This document shows, piece after piece, positions 37,640 to 51,711 of a stretch of 64,000 bases of DNA. The stretch comes from Camelus dromedarius (Eukaryota), in assembly GCF_036321535.1 (NCBI RefSeq), contig NC_087437.1, forward strand, positions 92,754,001 through 92,818,000, given 5' to 3'. The notes beneath the pieces are model-generated. The model saw nothing but the letters and a program-made list of their open reading frames with translations. It searched no databases and was not told where the DNA came from. Position 1 is the stretch's first letter, and the number at the start of each line of letters is the position of its first letter. Both the position numbers and the translations under genes were made by a program.

Positions 37640-37852
37640 ATGGCAAACGCTGTTCTAAATATCTATGTGTATTATCTCAATTAAACCTCACCACACCATC
37701 ACAAGATAAGTATTATCATTATTATTATTATCTCTTTTTTATATGAAGGAACTGAGACCTAGAGAAGTTAAATTATTTGCTAAAGATCAAGAGGATCCAA
37801 ATTCAAGCCCACAGAATCGATCAGATCTCGTGTTTATAACCACTAAATTATA
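37640..37852 (-). mobile_element. MIR
   Basis: tattatctcaattaaacctcac..atgaaggaactgagacctagagaagttaaattatttgctaaagatca. Confidence 0.8.
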
Positions 37853-38489
37853 CTGGGATCACAGAGGACTCAACCAATGATGACTGATGTCAAGATCCAC
37901 AGTCAGTGCTTGCCTAGGTAAATAGAAAGTACAGTCTTCCTTCAAGTTCTCCCTTCCTTTATTGTGCCTTAAAATCTAAAAATGATTATTATTTGTTTTT
38001 TTTTTTCCTCACCCGTCAGAGCAGAACTCAGGAAATTCCCCTTGACCTGCAATAGACCAGAGACATTGTCCTGGATTCAGGCTACTCTCTTCTGTTATTG
38101 CTATGCTGTCAAGAACACCACAGAAAAGTCAAGGTTTAAGGCTTTCATTCCTAACTCAGGAGTGTCATTGAAATAGGATAAGTTTACTTTTAGAAAAAAC
38201 ATTTTCACAACTTTTCCACATCTAAAAGTGAGACACAGTTGTCTGCCACCATCACTCTGATGCAAAAGGAAAATCTCCTTCCCTAGACAATCATCCCAGT
38301 CTCTGTTCTTACTACCCCATACTTAATCTCCCCAAGATGATTAAAGATTATAGTATTTCTCTCCTTTGTGAAAAATGCATTCCTACCATTATGAAATAGG
38401 CTGACACTGGTGTACTTCCCAAAGTCTAGGTTACACAGTCCACTCATGGTCATTTAAATACACAGGAAAGGAGTACTGCTGCTGGCATT

Positions 38490-38710
38490 GGAAATAGAAT
38501 GGCCAATCTGTGATATTTAGGAAATAGAATTAAGAAGAATAAGAACTGATTACATGTGAGAGGTCAGTGAGAGGAAAAAATCAAGAATGATTCTCAAGTA
38601 TTTGTCTCAAGAGAATGAGTGAGTGAGTGGCTAGTGATTCCATGAAATTAACTAAGGAACATAGTCAGAGGAACTGCTTAAAGGGCTGGACAGGTGATAA
38701 TGAGTCCAGT
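38490..38710 (-). mobile_element. L2 fragment
   Basis: gagaggaaaaaatcaagaatgattctcaagtattt..ggtgataatgagtccagt. Confidence 0.5.
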
Positions 38711-40701
38711 AAATATTTGTTGGTATGAATGGATGGATGAATGAACGTAGGAATTAAAGATTAACATCACTGAAATGAAAAGATGATGGAGAAGTTAATT
38801 TTAAATGGAACCATTTCAAACAATTATGTCAAGGTTACTTGATAAATTTAAAGCAAAATGATTCAGGTGGCTTCAATTAACAGCTGGGCATTGGGTAGGA
38901 CAAATGGGAAGTGTATTCATATGTGTATGTGAATGTAGAAATAAACATGTCATTCTAAAAATGTCTGAAAACTGATTACCATGTATATTTAGAACATCTA
39001 CATGATTCTGTTTCGTGTAATAATCTATTATTGGAATTTAATCTATTAAAAGATTGGTTATTACATTTTTAAAAAAATACCCTGCCTGATATTGTGTTAG
39101 GAAAACACATTCTAGTCTTCTATAAGCTCAATCTATACTCTCTCTGGCTCAGTTGCACAAGGTGTGTTTTAGTCATTAATTATTAAAGACTATTTGAAGT
39201 CTTAGCTAAAACTGTCCTGAAGTTTTTCCTATTTTAATTGGATTGTCCCTGTATTCCAAAAGATAAGCAGATACTTGGTTAAATGATAAAGATAATTTGC
39301 CAGGTCTCTTCTAAAATATCTCCCAGATTTATTTCCCTGGACATCTTTCCACAGCCAATGGTAACATTTTTGCTGACATACTCATATCGTCTATCTCCAT
39401 CCCAAAGGTGATGAGGGGATCTGACAGATAGAGACACATCAGCAGCCATGCCAACTGGCTGCCAACTTGGACATATGTACAGAGGAGAGAGCATGCTAAA
39501 GCTCCTTATGCAGAGAGCCAAGACCCCACTGACATTCACCAATGACTGAAGAACGTGTCAATATCGCTATAGCATAGTCAAGTTTGGAGTGAGCCATGTT
39601 AAAGGTTCTGGAAAGGAGAAGAGGACCACCTGGGTAGGGCACCACTCTGCTATGTATATGTGCCTCATTTGGCATCCACTTTGCATGTCTGCTGCTGGGC
39701 TTCCATCTGTCGAGTCTCAATGTAATGTCAGAGATAAAAACTGAAGACTCCATGGCTTCAAAAATGCATTTTTCTGCTCGCTGCCTGACGGCTGTCAGGG
39801 GACATAAAATTTAGAAAGCAATCCTTGCTGACTGACCTTCTTATACAATACGTATGTTTTAATTTAACTCTGCAGAATATCTATTTAATCTAATAATCAA
39901 TATAATCATTATATAACTTCAAAAGAGCTTTACAAACCTAAAGATACAAAAAGTGGGAGAACATATCCCATCACTTTATAATAGAATTAGATCATATATA
40001 ACTTGAAGTTAAATTTTGAAATATTTTTCTTGTTATCTATTGAATGTATACCTGTGTACCATAGCATTAACTGGAATGCAATTAAACTTGTAATATATGT
40101 CCATAACCGAATCATAATATCTAATATTTTTCAGGATAAATAAACCTAGGACTTTGAAAATATTTCTCAGTTATATTTAATTAAAATCCCCCCAATTCAT
40201 CTAAACATTAATATAATTGACACTTTCTTAGCTATATTTAGTTATATCTCTTGTTGAAAGAACTAGTTAATTAAAAATACATTAATAATTCTGGTCAATT
40301 ATGTTTTTCCTTCTTTTCAAACTTATAAATTTAAAATATTTTTATTTTTCTTTCCCATATAATTATAAGCATTTACTTTAATTCAGGTGTACTACAGAGT
40401 ATTTAAATGTATCTTTAGTCTGTATAAAAGATGATAATAAATTCAATCATAGCTTGAAAAAAAATTAAAAACCAAGGCCGTTTGAAGAATGGCAGTGTTT
40501 GCACTAGTTAATCTTCTACGGGTAAATACAACTTTATATCTTTGTCTTCAGAGCTTATTACAGAGTTGCAGCCTCTGTAATGCCATAAATTATTGTCTAG
40601 CAGAGCAGCTGATCTGCTTCTCTAGTTGAATGTGTGTATGCATATTAAGGCTGATCATGCTTTCTCATTACTAAAAAAAAGATATTTTATTTTTTAGGTA
40701 T

Positions 40702-41277
40702 TGTGGTCAACTCATCCTCAGGTAACCCCCCAATTAGTTTTGTCCTTGTGCAATTAACTCCCCTTGAGTGTGCGTCAAAACTGTGAATTAATCTAACCAA
40801 TAGAATTTGGCAAAGGTGATGGCATGTTACTCCCATGATTACCTTACATTATATGACTCTGTCTTAGCAGCACAGCCCAAAAAAGATTCTCCTGCAAATC
40901 TTGGAGAAAAACAGTCCTGCTGTGAACTGACTGTGGAGGAGAGCACCTAGCAAGGAGTAGACAGTAGCTCCTAAGAACGGAGAAAGCCCCCAGCCAACAA
41001 CTAGCAAAAACAGAGACTTGAGTCATACAAGCACAAGGAAAAGAATTCTGCAAAGAACCTCAAGGAACTTAGCATTAGATTCTTCCTTCATCAAGCCTCC
41101 AGATGAGAACACAGCCTAGCTAATACTTTGATTGAAGCCTTGTGAGAAACTATGCAGAGGCTACAGCTTACCTGTGTCTGGATCCCTGACTCACATACAC
41201 TGTTAGATAACAAATTTGTGTTATTTTAAACTCCTATATTGTGTTAATTTATTTCTCAGCAATAGAAGCTTAATATA
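40702..41277 (+). mobile_element. MLT1E-like MaLR solo LTR
   Basis: Starts tgtgg. Blocks tctaaccaatagaatttggcaaaggtgatgg, caaggaaaagaattctgcaa and tcaagcctccagatgagaacacagcc. Ends cagcaatagaagcttaata. Confidence 0.9.
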
Positions 41278-41299
41278 GGCTTATATACAATTCCCCAGA

Positions 41300-41587
41300 A
41301 CTTGCACTTGGTTTTCTGGCAATCTTTGGCATTCCTTTATCTGTAGAAGCATCACTCCAGTATCTGTCTTCTTGTTCATATGGTGTTTTCCCTATGTGTA
41401 TGTCTGTGTGCAAATTTCCCCTTTTTAAAAGGACATTGGTCATATTGGATTAGGACCCATTCTACTCAGTATGACATCATATTAATTACATTTGCAATGA
41501 CCATATTTCTAAGTAAGGTCACATTCTGTGGTACAGGGAGTTAAGGCTTCAACATATAAATTTAGGGGGACAAAATTCAACCCATAT
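41300..41587 (-). mobile_element. MLT1B/C-like LTR fragment
   Basis: ctggcaatctttggcattcc..aaggacattggtcatattggattagg..ataaatttagggggacaaaattcaacccata. Confidence 0.85.
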
Positions 41588-42149
41588 GAGGTGTTTAGCT
41601 TTTGCTGTAAAAGGAACTTCTAAGAAAGGAAGAGAACAATGCCATTTTAATTTAAGGTGTCATTTTTTCCAAATAATGAGGTCTTCTTTCATCCCTCACT
41701 TTGTCTGTCATAGCTAGAAGAGAGTGGGGACCAAAAGCATTCACATATCCGTTTCTTTTTTAAATGTATTTCTTTGAACACTTGGTTTTCACAGTGACAG
41801 GAACCATGAAAAAACATTACATTAAAAAGTTATGATATCAGTTTCACTCATTAAAATACAGAACAAGTACTTGTCTTGACTTATGTAATTTGGTGCCCCA
41901 AAATATTCAGACTTTGAAGACTTGAAAACTTTGTGAACTACCAATATTTCCCTAGTGGTAACTTATTTTCTATCATATTTTTAAGGCAGAAAGTATGAAA
42001 ATGTATTTGATATCACCTATGTTTGAAGACATCATCCAATTCCAAATGATGAAGATTTTAAATAGTTAGTGAAGAGAATCTTGTGGGCTATAGAAATAGC
42101 TGTTAGCCAATTAAGCATCTGACAGGTCAGGTGTTTCCGGAAGGAGTCA

Positions 42150-42325
42150 CATATATCACTTCATTATCTTTACAGTGACAATATGAAGTAGATGTTAACA
42201 CCTTTTTATAAATAAGGAAACTGAGGAAAAAAGATAAGCAGTGTCCAAAGTCACACAGACAGTGTTTGATCTGATACTTCAATAAAACTTGACTTCATTT
42301 CAAAGAGATACTCTGTTTTGCTATG
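42150..42325 (-). mobile_element. MIR fragment
   Basis: tatgaagtagatgtt..tttataaataaggaaactgagg..gtccaaagtcacacag. Confidence 0.7.
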
Positions 42326-45300
42326 TCCCAGTAATTCAACCTTAATATATTTCACAAAGTCTGGGTTCAGAATTCCTTAGAGGCTAGTATTACCCACCAT
42401 CACTTCATCATACAGGTAAATACTTATTATCAACAAACATGTCATGTCATTCAGAGGTTTCTTTAGATGGCACCATTGAACTCAAGGAGAAAGCAAGTAA
42501 GAGTTGACAGGAAAACAGAGCTGGATTTACTCAACTTCTTTGCCTGTCCTTGGCCAGTATTCCAGACACTCAAATTATCTCCCTGAAGTGGATGAATAGA
42601 ACTAGATGAATATTGACCCAAAAAAAGTCTTTAAGTGGTCAGCATGAAAGTAAAATGAAAATCAGGGGCTTACAATTGTATTTATAGGTCTCTGACTCAT
42701 ATACTTCAAGAGCTTCGACTCTGATATTCTGGTTTTCAATTTCCCACTGTTAGCTCCTTCTCCTGTATTGTTTTCTGTGCATCATAAATTGTTGCTTGAT
42801 GTGAGACTTGTACAGTTTTGGCTGTATTTGGGGCCCTCACCTTAAAACATACAAACGTACATAAGAGAGATTCAATTCATGCTTCCAAGCTACAGAAATA
42901 CCCACACATTACCAGAAGTTAGCTACTCGGAAAGTGTTTCCACAATTCTGTAGCTATAGCCCCATAATCAAATGATCAGATCTGTTTCCTTCATCATCAC
43001 AGCATGATCTGATGAGCAGCAATCTTTGCCTCTTTATTTCCCAGTTTAGGCTGTGATTAATTTGATTGGTTTCAAAACCTGTTGTGTCTTTCCTCTGTGC
43101 CCTGCCTGAATATTGGCACAATATGATTGCAGTAGGTTGCATTATTTCCATTTTTTTCTTATACACTTGAACTTCAGCCACTTAATCCCAACATGTAAAT
43201 TTCTGTAATACTAAATGCAAGTGAACATCTTAAGCCAAGAGCATTAGCATTCCTTTTTTCTAAGATTGTGTAACTGCTCCTAAGTTACCATGAGACTTAA
43301 CACAAAAATAATACAAATAACAACATGAAGTGACAGGAAATTGAAATGACTCTTGGATAATATGCAACCCATGCATTTGAGTCTACCATATATCATATCA
43401 TGTTTATTGTAATATCAGTTTTGTCAGATCTCCAAACAGCAGAGCTAAAAATGGGGTGATTTTTATGATTACATTTAAATTTTAAAAGCTAAATAAATGG
43501 AAAGGAAACCTAACTATTGTAAAAACATTTATTTAGTAACTATTATATGGCAGTTATTCTTGGAATAGCAGGTGAGGACATGGATATGACTGTCATAAAC
43601 CTTACTGTTAAAAAACATGGAATCTAACTAGTAGACTAACTTGCCTCTCATTGTTCTGCCCCAGATTTGTCAGTATATTTAGATATCTTATTTGGTTCTT
43701 GGTCTCATTTATTCTGTGTTATCTTTTTGCCACGCTCTTAAGATTATTGATACTTTTTCATTATTTTTAGTCAATGAACATAACTAATCCAGATCTGGAT
43801 TGCACTGGACTTAACATCTAACTGCTGTGTTCCCACAGCTTTAAAATTTATAAAACTTTAGGAAAAAAACCCACTCCTTCCAGAATAGAAGGGCTAAAAT
43901 TGTAACCCCAGCAGTGAAAGGAAAGGCTCATAACTCAGTATTCTATCGATGAAAGAAAATAATTATTTTATTCCTAGTCCATGAGTCATTTGTGACTTCA
44001 ATTCAATAGCATTCAAGGATATTCTTCTGAGAGCTAATTACTAGGTATGCTTTTGCTTTAACACTTTTGAAGACATCCTGGTGATGAAAGATACAGGTTT
44101 GGAAGTATAGCTATCTTGTCACCATTTCATTCTGCTTGCTCTCCAACTACAATTTTTTTTTTTGTCTGCACTTTAACAGGTGTGTTTGTGTGTATGTGTG
44201 TAGAATAATAAAAGCTTTCAAAATATGCAATATACTAATTCTATACTTTTTTCTAGTAAATGTCATTTAAAATACTTTCTGTTCTATTTCTTAATCTGAA
44301 TTTTATTTCATAGTTATTCTTTTGTATATTTTTTCATATTTATTAATAATGTGAGCATTATTTTCTATTCTCTTTCTCTGTAATTTAAAAATATTTATGT
44401 GTAATTAGCAATATGGAAGAATCATAACGATTGAGAATTTATGATTTCAAAGGTAAATGTTACCTAGCCATTTACTTTAAAAAATGTACAGTACCTTACA
44501 AATAGATGAGTTTAAGTAAATGTGATAAACTCATTTCAATTTTTATAACTTTCAATATCTCACTCAGATTGTATACTTGTTGCAAAGTAAGATGTTTCTA
44601 TTTTGAATGTTTATTTTTGTGACCTTTTATGTGTAGCTGCAAAATTGTCATTTGAGTCTATTGCAACCAGCTGTAGTAAACAGAAACAATACAATAACAT
44701 TAAATGCAGATGCTCACATTTTACAGAATGAGTGAATGACAATTGATGATGGAACAGTGAACATGATTAACTTAGCACAGAGACTAAAATACAAAGAGTA
44801 ATGGTGTTATCCTCCCATGTCACTCAAAACTGCACAATATATTGACTTTGATCATCCCATTACTAGCCATGTAAGCATTACAGTGTTTTTCCTACAGAAC
44901 ACACACAATATGATGCAATCAGCTCTTATATTCTCAAAAACAATAGCCAGAGTCCCCACATTGTTTTGTGTTGGCAAAGAGCTATTCTTATCTGTATCTT
45001 AAAATTTAAAATGTTTCCTTTTCTATTAGACATTTTTAAACTGCAAAAATGTAGATGAAGAATACAGTAGCAAATATCAAAATAATTTGCTTTTAGCACG
45101 AAAAACTGACCAAGAGATTTTCCTTTACTTTTCGCATTATCATTTAAATTCAGCAAATGAGTTTCTTATATCACAAATGGAGGTAACAATTTGGAAGCAC
45201 TATGAACATCATCAACAAAAAGGCAATTTTTTACCAAGAATATTGGGGGTGTTACATCTTTTTTTAATTAGAAAAAATATAAGAAACAACAGTTTAAGGT

Positions 45301-46553
45301 TGCTCTTTAAGAATACACTTAATACACTTGATACAAGTATATTTATGAGAATCATAACTATCAGCACTCCATCTTAAATTATTTAAGTATTTTAGCAAGA
45401 AGATAGACCTTTTTAAGAAAAAGTCTGAAGAAATGTTCCTAAAGCCCACCAAAAAGTAATGTGTGACTTCTCCCTGCTGGTTTAGCAGAATAATAAAAAT
45501 AAGAAAACCCCTATGAGAATTTCTTAAATTCTAAAGCAGCCAAGTCCTGCTAATATAGAGAATAAAGGGGAGGCTTTTGGAAGCTACAAAACATCTACCG
45601 GTCACAGCAACATTCATTTATGTACCAAATGCATAGATCCGTCAACATTCCTACACATCCCAGCCACATCATTCACTTCCAATTAGATCCCAAAACATAT
45701 TAACCCTTTAACCCTAGACCATATACAACATGCACACAGGCACACAACACACACCTGCATAGACTCATGCCAAAACCCCTCTTTTCCCTAGTGCTAGTTT
45801 GGGTCTTTGCTTTCCTCTCCCTTGAATTCTGCAGTCCTCTCTAGTCCTTACCAACATGGGCTGTTTCTAGGTCCCATCCTTCGCTTGCTGTCTGTTGCAC
45901 CTTGTAGCTAAGCGCGTCCCTGGAACGTCACGTGCAACCTGGCAATCATCGCCACTGAGAAACTAGTTCAGTATTAAATTATATATTTTAAATGGGTTAA
46001 TAATTGTTGCATCTTATTAAAGTTAAAAGTAACCCAATCTGATGAATCAAAATTAATAGGTGCATATTTTATATTACTTTAAATAAAATTTGCATGTTAA
46101 TCAACTAATTGCTAAATGCCAAGAAATAACTTTTCCTGTTGCCTCCTCTCCCCCTTCCTTACACTCGGTATATAATTAAAATGACCCAAATTAGAAATAG
46201 AAGTCTGTGCATTACACCTAAGAATAAACAGCCCTGTATACACCACAGTTATTTGGGCCTAATTTCTTCTGAAGTTGTTGCATATGAACTTATCCTTTCT
46301 AGAACTGTCTCAGCTAACTAGTTCATATATTTGGCAACTGAATCAAAGGGTCTATTATCAATAAGTGAAATTCTGTAGGAAATTATCAGGTCTGGGTGTT
46401 AAGACCATTAAAATAATCAAACCAAGTACTTTCCGTTTGGTGAATGTTAAGTGACTAAATAATGAGCTAATTAGCAGCTTAGTGACTGGTCTCACCATGG
46501 TTAAGATGGCATTTTATATCAACCCTAAAGTAAAAAATGTACTAGATGGTTAC

Positions 46554-47001
46554 TGTTGCAGATTGAATTATGTCCCCTAAAAGGTAAGTTGGAGTTCTAA
46601 CTCCTGGTACCACCTACGGCTGTGACCTTATTTGGAAATAGGGTTTTTGCAGATGCAATCAAGGTCATATTGAATTATGATGGGCCTTAAGCCAATATTA
46701 CTAGTATCCTTACAAGAACAGGGGAAGAGACATAGACACATATACAGAGGATACCGTGTGAAGACAGAGGCAGAGTTGGAGAGAGGTGTCTACACACAAG
46801 GGACGCTGACAGTTGCCTTTAACTGCCAAATGCTAGGAGAGAAGCATGGAACAGATTCACCTTCAGACCTTCTTGTAGGAATCAACCTTGCCAACATCTT
46901 GTTTTCTGACTCAGGCCTCCAGAACTGGAGAAAATACATTTCTGTTGTTTTAAGTCATCTAACTGGTGGCATTTTGTTACAGCAGCCCTAGGAAACGAAT
47001 A
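46554..47001 (+). mobile_element. MLT1B/C-like MaLR solo LTR
   Basis: ttgaattatgtcccctaaaa..tgtgaccttatttggaaatagggtttttgcagatg..gtgaagacagaggcagag..ttgttacagcagccctaggaaac. Confidence 0.9.
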
Positions 47002-47539
47002 GTTACTAGATAAAACTATTTTATAGGTTTTTTTGAAAACTTATTATAAGCCAGATATTAAGTGGGTCTTTGAGCCCACAACACATAACAAGACCCTGGT
47101 TGTTCCCCATAAGACAACTCAGCAAGTGGACTAACCACTACAATTAAGTGGTTATTTATGAAATTATTTTCAACAGGTGTTATACAAACCTGTAGAAAGA
47201 GTCTTAACATAGTCTTGGGGAATCAGAGCAATATTCCCAGAGAATATGGCATCTTAACTAAGCACTAAGGAACAAATAGAGTAAGCCAAGAAATACTAGG
47301 AGCAAGGCAGAGATGGAGATGTGCAGAAATGATGAAGTCATTCCAGGTAGAGGCAGTAGCATATTGAAAGACTAAACAGTAAGAAAATAAGCTGTATGAA
47401 GAGTATGCCAAATTTCCAGAGCTCCAAGTCCACCCATTCAATGCAAAAATCATATATATTATTTGTAGCAAAGTTTATTAGGAGCTAAGCAAGATTTCCT
47501 TTTTGTTACATGTTCTAAGTTAATAAGACAGTCTCCCAA

Positions 47540-47825
47540 GCAGAAACAGACTCATAGACATGGAGTACAAACTTGTGGTTGCCAGGGAGGCGGGGGGTGG
47601 GAAGGGACAGACTGGGATTTCAAAATGTAGAATAGATAAACAAGATTATACTGTATAGCACAGGGAAATATATACAAGATCTATGGTAGCTCACAGCAAA
47701 AAAAAAAAAATGTGACAATGAATATATGTATGTTCATGATAACTGAAAAATTGTGCTCTACACTGGAATTTGACACAATATTGTAAAATGACTATAACTC
47801 AATTAAAAAAATGTTAAAAAAAAAA
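47540..47825 (+). mobile_element. 3'UTR-only copy of the same lineage-specific L1 family as 17962-19873, with 15-bp TSD
   Basis: Aligns by eye with the reverse complement of ~17962-18240 (gggtgggaagggacagactgggattt..gaatagataaacaagatta..ctggaatttgacaca..aaatgttaaaaaa). TSD aagacagtctcccaa at 47525-47539 and aagatagtctcccaa at 47826-47840. Confidence 0.95.
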
Positions 47826-49989
47826 AAGATAGTCTCCCAAAAACAAAATGTGATTTCTCTTGCAGAAGAATTCCTCAGAGTAACATATTTATCAAAAGAC
47901 TGACCTTTTTACTTCAAAGTATTTTCTGAAATAGAAACTCTAAGTCCACTGTTACTTCAGTAATCCACCACTACTTCTTCGCTATTTCCAAAGTTTTTTT
48001 GAGTGCTTTTAAATTATTTTCACCTTTAAAATTTCCCCAAACATTAGAGCTACTTAGTCTATATTATAAACAAATTATCTAAAAATATTCAAGTGGACAT
48101 AATCAGTAAAGAAAGCATTTTCTTTTATAGTCCAAAGTGCAAGAGAGCATCTGAAATCAGTATAGCTGATAGAAGAATTCAGATGAAAAACTGCTCTGAA
48201 TCTCAGAGGATATATAAGCAGAATATTCGGGATATACTAGTTACTATGGTAACCTCACTTTTTAATTAGTAGAGTAAATAGTCTCACAAATGAATAATCT
48301 ATTGGCAAGTTAAAGTAACCATAGTAGATTAAAAAATATAAATATCTCTTTTTAACAAATACAAAAAAGAAAGCTATTGACCAGTATTTTTCAGAAGAAA
48401 GATACAAGCACTTACATGAAGGTCTAACTGCCTCAATTAGGGTACTAATTTTGAATTCATGCCATTATTAATTTCGCAGTAACGTATTTTTGAAAACTGC
48501 CTACTTGCATAAATTGAGATTCCCCCCCTTTTTGATCATCCAAATGCATACCTGCCCATGTTATCTTTCCATCTCAAAAATTAATAAATAAAAGAATTTT
48601 AATAGCATTGATCCAGAACCCCAGTTCACAAATGTCTATGACAGTGTATCTTTTGATCCAGTGATTGTTATTTTTCAACATAAATATCATGACCATATTC
48701 TAGACTCTATGCTGAAAATTATACATCCCACCAGAACACTTACTAAAGTCATATTTAAACATAAACCACTCAAAGAGGTCAGTCATTTTATCCTTCATCT
48801 GTAAAAACTGTTATACCAAAGACTGAACTTTTAGGTCAACAGGTAAATTGTTTTTGGTTTTTTCTCTCAAGTACTGTGACTTGTTTTTTAGGATCCTCCT
48901 TGTGTGTATGTATACGTGTGAATTTGAAATGTCTCCTGCACTCATATTTCCAAGAAAATCTTCTCTGATCAATAGTCCCTTCTTGCCTGTTTCTCTTTCT
49001 ACCTATTCACCTCCAAGTAAATGTTAGTTCTTATTTTTTTCTCAAAAGTTTTCAAACATCTTCAGAATTTTATTCAATCTACTTGCAGTATCTTCTGGAG
49101 CAAAGGAAATAAGCCTGTGTTTAATTCCCTTCTACAAGAGCTCACCTTCCTCAAACTTACGACAATTTCAGTGGCAATGCTAAATCCAATAGACTGTACG
49201 ACAGTTTACTGGTATAACCATTTACAATTATTATATATAAAACACACAATTATTCTAAATACGTTAGGGAGATAATCCTCAGTAACCTCTTGAGAGTATC
49301 TTACACATACATACACAGAAAAACACACAAACACACACATAGGTTTTGTCACTGAACTATAAAATAAAAAGTTCCAGGAGTAAACAGGTGGATCTAATTT
49401 AAGATCTCAGGAATCCTTTCATTTTCTCTGCACATGCCTTCTTCCTGGTGGCCACAAGCACTTGCTTTTAGACTCTAGATCTCCAAGGGAGAATAAACAG
49501 AGAGGAAATGAAGTTTGACTCAAAAAAGATGCGTACTCAAGTCCAAGGTTCAGATTTAACCCATTTGTCATCAGTACTTCAGCATGACCAAATCTGTTAT
49601 CTAAACATTCAAAGAATATTTAAACAGGTGAGGCTAAAAGTAAGTCAGCAATGTGTTTAACTTAACCAAAGTAGAAAAAGTAGTAGGAAAAGTAGAAAAT
49701 GTTAGAATCATTATGTAACTACTACCTATGCAACAGCATGCATAAGAAGTATTTCCAATTCTGTTCAGAAAGACAACTATTTAAGGACTATTTAAGGCCA
49801 GATATTTTTGCCTGTTTTTCAATATTAGCTGTTGAGACTCTTCTAAGACATAATACACTCACCCTGTTCCTGAGTTCCTCCTTTACATCTTCATAACTGT
49901 CTTCCCAGATCTTTAAAGATGGGCCACTTAGACTTCCACTTACAGGCTCGGTATCTGGCACATCACTCTTTCTGAAACACCCCTTAGTA

Positions 49990-50200
49990 ATAGTTACCAT
50001 TTATTGGCATGGACCAGGTGATTTATATGAAGTTTCCCATTATTTGTCAGAGCAGTAAATACCATTCTTTATGTCTCTGGGAAACTGAGACTTGGAGACG
50101 TTGAGGTACTTGATTTAGTGTGCATAACTCTTATATGTTGAAAGCAGTTAAAACTTGTTGAAAGTAGTTAAAACTTACATCTTCTTGAGCCCAAATCCGA
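49990..50200 (-). mobile_element. MIR fragment
   Basis: aatagttaccatttattg..ggaaactgagacttggagacgttgaggtacttg. Confidence 0.6.
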
Positions 50201-50206
50201 GATCCT

Positions 50207-50361
50207 CAGTCTCAAATTTTAGTGTGTATTAAAATGCTTGTTAAAATGCAAATTGTCAAGCCCCACCCCTGGAGTTTTTAAATCAAGGTTTTTTGCATTT
50301 CTAACAAGTTCTCAGATGAAACTGATGCTGTTGATCCTAGACCATGCCTAAAAAACATTGT
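50207..50361 (+). mobile_element. MER5A-like fossil
   Basis: tctcaaattttagtgtgtatt..cttgttaaaatgcaaattg..gccccacccc..ttgcatttctaacaagttctcagatga. Confidence 0.75.
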
Positions 50362-50427
50362 AGTACACTAAATTCCCCTGAACTGCCCCTCACCCCTCAG
50401 CCACACACATATGCAACATCGTATAGC

Positions 50428-50618
50428 AGTAGTTCACAATCCCAACTATATCTTTGAATCATCTGGGGAAGAATACCAAAATAAAGGAAAAGTGACCATA
50501 CCTGGACCTCATACCAGACAAATCACATCAGGATATCTGTGGGGTGCTGTTTAGATACAAGTTATTTTTAGAAGCTACCTAGGAGATTCTAATGGACACC
50601 TAGGGTTGAGAACCACCT
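50428..50618 (+). mobile_element. MER5B/A1-like fossil
   Basis: cagtagttcacaatcc..gaatcatctgggga..aggagattctaatggacacctagggttgagaaccac. Confidence 0.7.
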
Positions 50619-50619
50619 G

Positions 50620-50830
50620 GAAACAGTGAAAGGCGCATAACTTTGTAATTTAACTACTCTGGGTTCAAATTTCAATCCTGTGCATTTCCAAACCATGTGA
50701 CCTTGAGAACAACATTAACGCTCAGTTTTCTCTTTTATCTGGATTGCCAACTAACTATTAATAGCATTGTAAAGATTAAATGAAAATGAATACACAGCGT
50801 CTGGTACAAAAGAAATGCTTGATGAGTATT
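50620..50830 (+). mobile_element. MIR
   Basis: ctgggttcaaat..catgtgaccttgag..ctcagttttctc..ttgtaaagattaaatga. Confidence 0.7.
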
Positions 50831-51711
50831 CTGAAACTACTAAGTTGACTACAAGAGCACTGGTCATATTTGCTTGGGTTACACCCTTTCTCAGCTCCCC
50901 ACTTTCATTTGGTTAGACTTGGAATAAAGCCTTGTTTCCTGACCTGGGACTAACGGCCTTGACTGGCTATCAGGATGCCTATATTCTCTCTTCCTCATCT
51001 CTTCTTTATCAGTATGCCCTAAACTCCAGAGTACAAATGATGACCCTCATATCCACAGTTTTAGCACTTCGCACCCCCTCTGCTCACCACATCCTCTGAG
51101 GGGTCCCAGATACCAGAACAGGATAGCACTAAGCTCTCTTTCCTTTGTCCATACCTATCTCCCTTCTTGGCCTTTTGGAACACCACTCTAAAGCTCACCC
51201 ACTAGTACTGTGCCTAGCTCTTGCCAATCTCCACTCTCAAGAAACTTCTATACCCTTTGTGCTCCTATGGGCTACTGGTAAGGTTAAAACATTACAGAAC
51301 ACTAAATTCTATTCTCCCCCCATCATAGAGTTCCACCTAATTCTTGATCACCTCTGCAGGGCTCTCTCTGCCTCCCTGTATCAACAGCTAGTATCAACAA
51401 CTTAGAGAATTAAAACATGGAACTCACTGGAACTTGTGTCTAGAGAGTCACTGTCAGTTTCCAGGGTCATAGAACTAATGCTGGCCTCTGCCACACCTTA
51501 CGGAGAAAGAGCTGTCTAAATTCTAACTCACTTTTTCTCCATCACTCCTGTTTTGCCAGCATCTCAATGATACTAATTGTCCTTTTCCTCATTAAATGGT
51601 GGACTTGACTGTCCTAAAGGCTGGAACTACATAGTATACTGACAGGTGAAACAAAGGTTTTCAGCAATTTAAATAAACAAAATGTTCCACACCCTAAATA
51701 AACTGTCATTT

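Noticed and set aside
45699..45717. Telomere-like taaccctttaacccta
   Set aside because: Only two imperfect units, expected by chance.
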